From contig OX597825.1 of the NCBI GenBank assembly GCA_951406725.2, positions 14,260,001-14,324,000 of the forward strand: a DNA stretch of 64,000 bases. The letters are read 5' to 3'. How positions within the stretch are numbered: the stretch's first letter is position 1; each line of letters starts with the position of its first letter. The notes under the pieces were generated by a model. That model was not told the origin of the DNA. It did not search any database and saw only the letters and a program-made list of their open reading frames with translations. The position numbers and the translations under genes were made by a program. This document shows positions 54,365 to 64,000 of this stretch, piece by piece. The stretch is from Octopus vulgaris (taxonomy: Eukaryota).

Positions 54365-54429
54365 CCATGCTGATGATGGCTGCAGTTTTCCTTGCGGAAA
54401 ATAACAGCTGAAACTAAGTTAGTACATGG
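54365..54429 (+). ncRNA. Type I hammerhead ribozyme, canonical core
   Basis: CCATG CTGATGA t GGCTG cag TTTTCC ttgc GGAAAA taa CAGCT GAAA CTA agt TAG TA CATGG. Confidence 0.85.
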
Positions 54430-54667
54430 GTAATTATTTTATTTCGTATATTTTTCACTTGTTTATTGCTATGGTTTTGTGTTGAGTTTGATCTGAGAAC
54501 ATAATCTTTTGTGGTGAATGGCGATTTGACGTCTATATCTAGCATGTTGACTGTCCACTTTTCGTGTTCAGTCCTTAATTGGTATATATAAATATTTTAA
54601 TCTTCGGATTCTTTTTTAATATGCTAGACCACTGGTCTTAATTGATAAATATCAATTTCTACCCTTA

Positions 54668-54700
<33 letters not shown>

Positions 54701-54863
54701 GAGAAAGTTGGTGTGTGAAAGCACGTGGTTGGATATATAGAAAATAGAAAAGAGTGAAAAAACTACAGAAGGCTTGTTTTATAAGGTTAAAGAATATATT
54801 TAAGTCGTTAGAAGAATGTTAGAAAAATGTTAGAAAATTTTGCATATAGTAACATAGTTTTTG

Positions 54864-54902
54864 GAGAAATTACCGGTTTCGTGTTAACTTTTCAAATTTC
54901 TC
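54864..54902 (-). ncRNA. Minimal hammerhead with compensated U3-A8 core in TA-flanked module 54700-54905
   Basis: Minus: GAGAAAT TTGAAAA GT taac AC GAAA CCGG TA ATTTCTC; 7-bp perfect stem I. Confidence 0.7.
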
Positions 54903-55068
54903 AAATATATAGATATATATATATATATCATATCATGCAGGCAAGAATATACTTCGAATGCAGAATAGCACGAAAATAGCAGAAAGTCTGGGTATTGTTT
55001 TCCTGTCTGTAGGATATGATACACATTGGAGTCTTCGAAAAATGATGCTTGTTTGCATATATTGTTCC

Positions 55069-55140
<72 letters not shown>

Positions 55141-56275
55141 GTGTTTGTCACTCCAGCTCCTTGATACCTAGTGCTAATTCCTTTATGTTCCCATAACTTT
55201 GAGGTTTAATAAAAGACTGTTAGAATAAATACCAGACTTTCAAAAAAAGGCACACATGTACTGGGGTCGATTTGTTTGACTAAACCCTTCAAAGTGGTGC
55301 CCCAACATGCCCAAAGTCCAATGGATGAAGCAAGTAAAAGACTAAATTTTAAATATCCATTCTTGACATATATTTTCTCAAACACAATCGTATTAATGGT
55401 ACATGTATTTCTGGAATACCCAACCACTTACATGAGAATTTAATGAGTTAGACATTTCGTTGACCAAAGTGCCGTCGGAGAAATAATCAATTCGTTGCTA
55501 TTGTGCAAAAGTGTCGTAAGTCCAAAATGTTGCTTTTGCAGAAAACGAAAAAATAGTTTCACCATTCCATAGCAAACCTGTTGTACTACACTTTGGTAAT
55601 TTTTATATCTTGGCATACGATAGTTTGACCAAAAGAACCGGCTATTGTAAGCAAAAATAAAAATTGTGAAAAAAGCGTTTGGCCAAATTTGGACATACGG
55701 CAGTTTAACATAATAGCAACGAAATGAAATAAGAACTTTCTCAATTTCCACACAAAAAAAAATAGATATCAATAGTACTAATTTGTATTTAGAAGTGTAC
55801 TTAATTCACTTCTAAAATAGCGCTACTGTGTCATAACGGCGCCTACAAAAATTAATATCTCGACATTGGGTGTAACATTTTCAGCATAAAGAGATTTTTC
55901 TGGCGTTCCGTACATTTCCCAGAAAGTCGGTCTGTATAGAAATTTGAATTATTCTCAGTTCTTATTATGTATGGATATATAATAGAATCCTTACTCGGTG
56001 AAATAATCATTATTCTCTCTTTCCTATCGCGTAAATTAGCACATTGAATGTGACTTGAGACGAACAAAGAACATTTGAAGAAACTCCCTCGTACATCTGA
56101 ACATCCATCGCTAATGCATGCTAAGTTGTTTTCAGCAGCTGAAACATTATGTTGCTGTTGCACTTTATACTATACAATGCTTACATTTTGTTGCTTTTAA
56201 TTTCTCATTCCAAATCTCACTCAGGTTGACTTTGCAATCCAATCTTTGGAAATCAGTAAAAATATATAGAGCCTC

Positions 56276-56685
56276 TCTTTAACTTGTTTCAGTCACTTGA
56301 CTGCGGCCATGCTGGAGCACCGCCTTTAGTCGAGTAAATCGACACCAGGACTTATTCTTTCTAAGCCCAGTACTTATTCTATCGGTCTCTTTTTCTGAAC
56401 CGCTAAGTTAATGGGACGTAAACACACCGGCATCGGTTGTCAAGTGATGTTGCGAGACAAACACAGACACACAAACACACATAAACACACACACACACAT
56501 ATATATATATACATATATACGACGGGCTTCTTTTCAGTTTCCGTCTACCAAATCCACTCACAAGGCTTTGGTCGGTCCAAGGCTATAGTAGAAGACACTT
56601 GCCCAAGGTTCCACGCAGTGGGACTGAACCCACAACCATATGGTTGGTAAGCCAGCTACTTACCACACAGCCACATCGGCGCCTA
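56276..56685 (-). mobile_element. SINE-B full copy
   Basis: Family match. Confidence 0.92.
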
Positions 56686-56954
56686 TGTAACGAAAACGAT
56701 TAAATCGACTTCTCTCATACATCATGTCTGTTTGCTTCGTGACAATTTCATTAGCGCCCTATTTTTAACTAAAGTACAAAGGCAGTGGGTAAAAATCCAG
56801 TTCAAATTATCTGAGCAGATCCCCAACCGTGCTGAATTTAGCCTGTAATCAATGCAAGAATGATAAATCGAGTGTCAGTCAATTATATCATTGAAAATAA
56901 GTGTACCCATGTCGGTTCGTTAAGAAAATAACTTCATTCCTAAATCCTAAAGTA

Positions 56955-57892
56955 CAGGATGTCCCAGAATTAACTATTTCAATGAAATCGGAGAAATTAA
57001 AAACAAAAATGAGAGACTTTTATGGTTTATGTTTATTTATCTTTATCTTTATCTTTTACTTGTTTCAGTCATTTGACTGCGGCCATGCTGGAGCACCGCC
57101 TCTAATCGAGCAACTCGACCCCAGGACTTATTCTTTGTAAGCCCAGTACTTATTCTATTGGTCTCTTTTTTGCCGAACCGCTAAGTGACGGGGACGTAAA
57201 CACACCAGCATCGGTTGTCAAGCGATGCTAGGGGGACAAACACAGACACACAAACACACACATATATATATATATACATATATACGACAGGCTTCTTTCA
57301 GTTTCCGTCTACCAAATCCACTCACAAGGCATTGGTCGGCCCGGGGCTATAGCAGAAGACACTTGCCCAAGATGCCACGCAGTGGGACTGAACCCGGAAC
57401 CATGTGGTTGGTTAGCAGGCTACTTACCACACAGCCACTCCTGCGCCTATTACTTAATAGTTATATAAATCTTATATCAAAACTTTAATGAAATTTTTCA
57501 ACATGTGTTCCGTCTGTATTTCTGCAAATTTCGAACGTATCCTTAGGGTTACGAAAAACATTTTGATGCAATTCAGGAGTTGTCTTCTGCACTGCTAACT
57601 AAATGCTTTCTTTAAGTTGAGCGCACCTATTGTTCTATTCTGAAGATGGACGTAGAATAAAAAATGATCGTAGCGGAATTTTAATAAGAAGCCATCGTGG
57701 ATATATAAGCGGGATATAACAGGAATAAAAATAAAATTTTAAAAAGTAATTATTATAATTATAAAATTATACACAAAATTAAAAATGTATGGACATTTAA
57801 CACATTTAAATATGGTAAACATAAATAAAAGTAAATTAAAAAAAAACCTGTCTCATTTCACTGAAATAGATGGTTAATTCTGGGACACCCTG
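56955..57892. mobile_element. Tc1/mariner-type non-autonomous element with nested SINE-B
   Basis: ta|caggatgtcccagaattaac ... gttaattctgggacaccctg|ta TIRs with TA TSD. Confidence 0.85.
57050..57449 (-). mobile_element. SINE-B full copy
   Basis: Family match. Confidence 0.93.
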
Positions 57893-57904
57893 TATATAAT
57901 GGTT

Positions 57905-58332
57905 TCAAATTTTGGTACAAATCCCGCAGCAGTTTTCAGGAAGTGGGTAAATCGGTCACATCCGCCCCAATATTCAAATGGTACTTATTCTATTGAACCT
58001 GTAAGGATGAAAGGCAAGGTCGGACTCGCTGGAATTTGAACTGAGTACTTAAAGGCGGACGAAATATCGCTCAACATTTTGTCCAGAGTGCTAACGATTC
58101 TAATTTGTTTATTGCCCACAAGGGGCTAAACATAGAGGGGACAAACAAAGACAGACAAATAGATTAAGTCGATTACATCAACCCCAGTGCGTAACTGGTA
58201 CTTAATTTATCGATCCCGAAAGGATGAAAGGCATAGTCGACCTCGGCGGAATTTGAACCCAGAACGTAAAGACAGACGAAATACCGCAAAGTATTTCGCT
58301 CGGCGTGCTAACGCTTCTGCCAGCTCGCCGCC
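57905..58332 (-). mobile_element. Two adjacent SINE-A copies (old 57905-58100, young 58102-58332)
   Basis: Family match. Confidence 0.85.
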
Positions 58333-59247
58333 TTTACCTTCTGTATATAAACTACTTTAGGAATACTGCATATTCTATCTCCGCTTTCCTAGATTTAAAA
58401 AACAAATGCACTTATTAATCCCCTCTGCTTACCTAAGAGTGTTTTTGTTAACGCGTTTCCCAACTTATTAAATGAATTTATAATGGTTATGGGCCACGAA
58501 ATAACAATCTCATGATAGATAAGCTGCTTTGTGTGAGGTTAATGCCTTAATATTCTTAAATAGTTTAACATAAAAATCTTTTTTATTTACTCAAAGAGCA
58601 ACAGGGGAAATATATTTCTCTTTGTGTTCGACGATTTTGTAAAGAGTTAATTGATTTATAGAAATCCCAAGTGTCTGTTTGTAAGACTGAGAAATTGGAA
58701 GATGTTTATGCTGCAACGGCTACAAGGCACAATGATCTTAATTTTACAGCTAATAATTATAATCTGTGAGCAGAGCTAGTAGTCTCTGTGAGAGGTGAAT
58801 GGCCGACTACATCAATTACACTATATAATACACCGATATTTATTTTCTCAGTTCAAAACCAGCACGCTCAATTTCTCATGATAATGGTGTTAATGTACAT
58901 AGCATATGTAAACAGTGCATGCCAGGAATACATTCGGTATACAGTTAAGCAGCAAAAAAATTAGTCGGATGCCCCTGTAAGAAATCTAGGTTACTTTTCG
59001 AAACATGGATTTCTTGGTGCACCTGGGAAATATTCATATTAATTTTAGAAACAGAGGTTTGATTTCAGTGAGAGCTAGCGATAGTAAAGATGTTCTCCTG
59101 GTTTCTTCGTTCTGTTTTATATTTTAGCAGATGAAATATCTAAAGCTATACCCTTTTACCTATGAACAGTATTAAAGAGGGGAAATGGTGGTGAAGGAAA
59201 AAAAGACTAAACCAGAAATTATATATTTATATTTATATTTATATATT

Positions 59248-59735
59248 TTATCTAGTTTCAGCTCACAAGCTGTGGCCATACTGGGGCACCGCCATTCAGT
59301 GTTGCTACATGATTTTACTTCATGAATGCTTTTTAGCAATTGCCATTTGGTGCATGAGAGAGTTCGATGCAGCTGCCCTCATCTGCACCTCCTGCCGTGA
59401 AGTTGGTTCATCTGGGACACCTGACACGAAGAGATCCAGTTTTATTTTAAAGACATCTGCATCCACCCCATGCAGGTCTCTCAGGTCCTTCAGGAGGATA
59501 TTGAAGAGCTGTGGGCCTCTGAAGCCCAGGGTATCACAGTATCTTGTCATACATCTTGATGGCAAATTTGAAGTCCTTGGCACTATACAGTGGTGACCAG
59601 TTCTGGTATTTGTGTAACTCTTGATGCCAAAGTTTGGGACAAGTCCTTCCAGGGTCTTTCAGATGTATATTATGGCATATCTTTCTCGCCTACGCTCGAA
59701 AGAATAGAGTCTAAATCTCTTGAGTCATTCCCTAT
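59248..59735 (-). mobile_element. CR1/L2-group LINE 3' fragment
   Basis: LYSFERRRERYAIIYI*KTLEGLVPNFGI...GFRGPQLFNIL...FKIKLDLFVSGVPDEP; same family as 9306-9701. Confidence 0.82.
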
Positions 59736-60684
59736 ATCTCTGTTTTATGACACAAAGGTTGTAGTAGGGTAAGCTATGTAGATCAAATAATACAAATTTT
59801 ATCGATTCAGAGAACGCTTGAGTAGATAGTGGCTCGATTTGAACAACTGAATATAGTTGAAAATATTCTTTTTATTTCCTAGCCGTCTCCAGAATTCCCC
59901 GAAGAAATTCGAACCAACTTTAAATGTTTTAGTTTTATATTTTTAAAAAATTTCTACAATGATTTCCGAAACCTAGTTCAATAAATCTTATTATTCCATC
60001 TTGTCACGTAAATGTAGAGAGGTATCATCTGATACAAAACTAACAATCATATATGTATATATATATAAAAAATAAAAAGAAAACAGTCAAGAAGAGTTAG
60101 AAAAGAATGTTTTATTTTTTTCCTTGTGGAATCATTAGGATATGCACTGTCAAATTTCAACGTCGTAATGAAAGAATCTCATAAAACCAGTTATAAATCA
60201 CAAATCAGAATTCAGCTGACGCTTCGCGACTCAGACGGCCATGCAATGGAACATGAAGAATCTAGAGGAAACGGTAAGTGTTTGGAATGTCGATATTTTA
60301 TAGCAGCATTTGCGACTCACCCAAGCTATTTATTATTCAGGAAATGGTTTTTAACTTTATGTAAATAATTGAAGAAATAAGCTGGTAATGTCACATAGTT
60401 TTTTTTATTGCTTCTTCCAGATAGACAAACTCCAAGAAACAATGTAATCTCTAATACGTTCGAATGACAGAGCAATCAGAAAGTACTGATTCCTAGATTT
60501 CATCGGTGTGTCTAACAGAACCGAAGGGCGATACTGGGATATATATATATATATTCAACAAAGTCACCTTCAGCTGCTTCTATACGAGATCTAAATCATC
60601 TACATGCTCGAATCAAGTGGTCCTGGTTCATTTTGGAGACAAACACAGACACACAAACATATACCCACACATACATATATATGT

Positions 60685-61080
60685 AGTGGCTGTGTGGTAA
60701 GTAGCTTGCTAACCAACCACATGGTTCCGGGTTCAGTCCCACTGCGTGGCATCTTGAGCAAGTGTCTTCTGCTATAGCCCCGGGCCGACCAATGCCTTGT
60801 GAGTGGATTTGGTAGACGGAAACTGAAAGAGGCCTGTCGTATATATGTATATATATGTATATATATATGTGTATGTGTGTGTGCTTGTCCCCCTAGCATT
60901 GGTTGACAACCGATGCTGGTGTGTTTACGTTCCCGTCACTTAGCGGTTCGGCAAAAGAGACCGATAAAATAAGTACCGGGCTTACAAAGAATAAGTCCCG
61001 GGGTCGATTTGCTCGAATGAAGGCGGTGCTCCAGCATGGCCGCAGTCAAATGACTGAAACAAGTAAAAAGTATAAAAGAG
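60685..61080 (+). mobile_element. SINE-B full copy
   Basis: GTGGCTGTGTGGTAAG A-box, GGGTTCAGTCCC B-box, internal microsatellite, tail cagtcaaatgactgaaac. Confidence 0.93.
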
Positions 61081-61094
61081 TATATATATATATT

Positions 61095-61159
<65 letters not shown>

Positions 61160-61160
<1 letters not shown>

Positions 61161-61324
61161 ACTGGCCTCTTTCAGTTTCCGTCTACCAAATCCACTCACA
61201 AGGGGTTGGTCGGTCCAAGACTATAGTAGAAGACACTTGCCCAAGGTGCCACACAGTGGGACTGAACCCTGGACCATGTGGTTGGTAAGCAAGTTACTTA
61301 TCACACAGCCACTCCTACGCCTAT
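61160..61324 (-). mobile_element. SINE-B 5' half
   Basis: Family match. Confidence 0.88.
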
Positions 61325-61382
61325 AAATTGATTGATTAACCGAACCAATCAATCAAGCAATCGATACGTTATTCCGTTAAAG

Positions 61383-61632
61383 CAGTAGTTCTCAACCGGG
61401 GTCCACATGGCCCTTTGGGGGTCTGGGAAAGGTTTTGTTAAAATTCGTGTGCAATAAATTGGTCTTACTTTTACAATACATGAAATATTTTCACAATATG
61501 TTTTTAACAATTTCCATTAATATTCAATTATAAAAATTAAGTCTTTTAAAAACATCGAAATGTTATGAAGATCCATTCCATTATAAGAGGAATTAAAGCG
61601 GTCTATAGTTTAAAAATGATTGAGAAACACTG
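61383..61632. mobile_element. hAT (Charlie-like) MITE
   Basis: TIRs cagtagttctcaacc / gattgagaaacactg; 8-bp flanks cgttaaag / ggttaaat (6 of 8 match). Confidence 0.8.
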
Positions 61633-61775
61633 GGTTAAATAGATAAGTAATTTATAAATAAATAATGATATGAAATTGAATCAGTTCATGTGTTTATAAT
61701 TGGCATAATGACCCTCCCGAGATAAATCAACAACAACAACAACAAAAATAATAAGGGAACTGAGTATATAATGTA

Positions 61776-62008
61776 TCTCTTTTACTCATTTACTTGTTTC
61801 AGTCATTTGATTGTGTCCATGCTGGAGCACCGCTTTTAGTCGAGCAAATCGCCCCCAGGACTTATTCTTTGTAAGCCTAGTCCTTATTGTATCGGTCACT
61901 TTTGCCGAAACGCTAAGTTACGGGGATGTAAACATACCAGCATCGGTTGTCAAGCGATGTTGGGGGACAAACACCGACTCACAAACATACACACACATAT
62001 ATGTATAC

Positions 62009-62057
<49 letters not shown>

Positions 62058-62248
62058 ACGAGCTTCTTTCAGTTTCCGTCTACCAAATCCACTCACAAGG
62101 CTTTGGTCGGCCCGGGGCTATAGTAGAAGATACTCTCTAAAGGTCCCACACAGTGGGACTGAACCCGAAAAATGTGGTTGGTAGGCAAGTTAATTCCCAC
62201 ACAGCCACTCCTACGCCTATACTTACCACACAGCCACTCTTCCGCCTA
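61776..62248 (-). mobile_element. SINE-B full copy with duplicated 5' end
   Basis: Family match. Confidence 0.9.
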
Positions 62249-63089
62249 TCAAGTATTATTTTACGTTGTCCCATTGTCAAATGTCACAAGTAACTTTAAA
62301 GTTATATCACTGGTTGTTTTTATGACATTCCAAAACGAATTTATGTTTGTTCACTGAAAATCTAACAGGAAAATATGTTTCACAACATTTGTATATTGAA
62401 CAATTCGTTGCACAATTTTGCCCTGAAAGAAATCATTGCAGATGAAAATATTTTCGATTCCAAGGCAGGTCGACTCTTTGTCTAGGGTCCTGGTCATTCT
62501 TCACATGTCATTTCATCCCATTTATACGCGCCTGTTGAAACCGCTTCCACTTTACCAAACATCAATTAAATACTGTAGTGTTTGTGAGTTTAGTACTGAA
62601 CATTAGTTCACCGCAGATACGAATGATAAGCATGGAGCCGTCAAATAATTAGAAGGAATAAATTCACTATATAAGCAATGAAAATTTTACCGATACAGCT
62701 GAGCGTACACTTGGTTGAGTGGTAAGAATTTTGTCTCCAAAGGTAAAGATACTGGGTTCGGCCCCATTGCTGGAAGATATATCGTCCATAATACATCGTC
62801 CATAATACATAAACATATAGATAAACATTAAGTGGACGATATTTTCAACCGATATATTAGAACATTATCTGATTCTGCAAGTGTTATATTTCGGTGCTTT
62901 TATGTATATTTACTCGATATACCATTCTCTATTACTCACTACCGACTAAAACTGTTGGTAGGTTTTTTTAACGATACACGTATGCTAGTTATTATGAAAT
63001 ATCATGTAAATATGATCCAGATACAGCTGGATGCCTGCATATCATCAAGTGAGTAACTTTGAGCGCACTGCATGTATATATAATTATAT

Positions 63090-63300
63090 ACAGTGAGAAT
63101 TTACTAAAAAATAAAAGACGAAGATGTGTGTGTAAACAACAAACAGATGTATTAGTTTACCGGTCGGGAAGTGAAAAGTCTTTTATGTTTCGAGCCTACG
63201 CTCTTCGACAGAAAGGAACACAGAAATAAACAGTGAGAGAAAATAGAAAACGGTTTAGTGGCTATCGATCTATCTTAACGAATGCCGGGCAGAGGGGTCA
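63090..63300 (-). mobile_element. HHR module family B, HHR at 63180-63215
   Basis: Minus: CTTT CTGTCGA a GAGC gtag GCTC GAAA CA TA AAAG; TA-flanked. Confidence 0.7.
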
Positions 63301-63528
63301 CATATATATATATATAAAGTTGAGGTTATAAGAGATAATGGTGTCATTGAGACCCAAAGATGTCAGGTAATGCTGAATAAGTGCTATAGACAGACCATGG
63401 TTAAGTTCCAGATTCGGTAATATTGCGAATAAAGGGTTCAACGTTTGTTCCAAGTCAGTGTGTGTATATAAGAATTTTTTGTGTAATAAGATAAAAATCC
63501 AAGGCTGTATAGATATTAGACATTTATA

Positions 63529-63568
<40 letters not shown>

Positions 63569-64000
63569 GGGCTCTTAAGTAACCGGCGGCACTGTTGATA
63601 AAAGACAATGTAAAGAATGATTGGCACACAAGAATAATGAAATATGATTTAAGGTAAAAGAAGATCAATACACGGATTCCTTGCAAAATTAACGTTTGCG
63701 CAACCGTGCGGATGTGTGTGGCGGGGTAGTGAAGGGTATATGGGCCTAAGAAAAACAAACAGCAAAAAGTTGTGTTAGTTTATTTTAGAGTCAACCAAGC
63801 GCAAATCAGAAACTATATAATTTTCAATTACTTACATATATAGATTTTTTTCCCCCTCCGGACTTCAGAATTGTAATGCGCCATTTTTTTTTCTATATAT
63901 ATATATATTGTCGAGAATCATGTTGAGCTATTTCCTTTTAATGACATGTATTGAACAGAAAATATACAAAAGGATATAACGCAAGTACGTAATTGTGGAC

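Larger units (their letters stand above)
53931..54582. mobile_element. Inverted pair of 252-bp HHR modules (Penelope pLTR-like) with 148-bp spacer
   Basis: 53931-54182 is the reverse complement of 54331-54582 (one substitution seen); both outer ends run into TA repeats. Confidence 0.88.

Noticed and set aside
55400-55772. Possible Tc1-like transposase relic on minus strand
   Set aside because: Only an FSD-like tripeptide; no TIRs or other motifs confirmed
57636-57660. tattCTGAAGA...agaata
   Set aside because: No helix II or GAAA; lies within a MITE

Overview
AT-rich, repeat-saturated eukaryotic DNA, probably intronic or intergenic. The tRNA-derived SINE families and extreme (TA)n/(TCTA)n/(AAT)n load suggest an octopus/coleoid cephalopod genome (inference). 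No intact host protein-coding exon could be supported: nearly all listed ORFs are microsatellite, SINE or decayed-transposon read-throughs. Supported content: many copies of at least 4 SINE types with swapped head/tail modules, relics of L1/Tx1, CR1-like and HERO-like non-LTR elements, several Tc1/mariner relics and MITEs, a hAT MITE, a non-autonomous Helitron, a 100-N gap, and a candidate TATA promoter/first exon on the minus strand. The most interesting signal is a set of about 15 type I hammerhead ribozyme (HHR) motifs from several unrelated families, mostly in short (150-400 bp) non-coding modules ending in (TA)n tracts. They include canonical cores with long helix II extensions, family-fixed core variants (A6U, U4C, compensated U3-A8), and a 252-bp inverted pair of HHR modules enclosing captured local DNA. 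Three short locally templated insertions are also visible. All folds and alignments were done by eye and coordinates of decayed elements are approximate.
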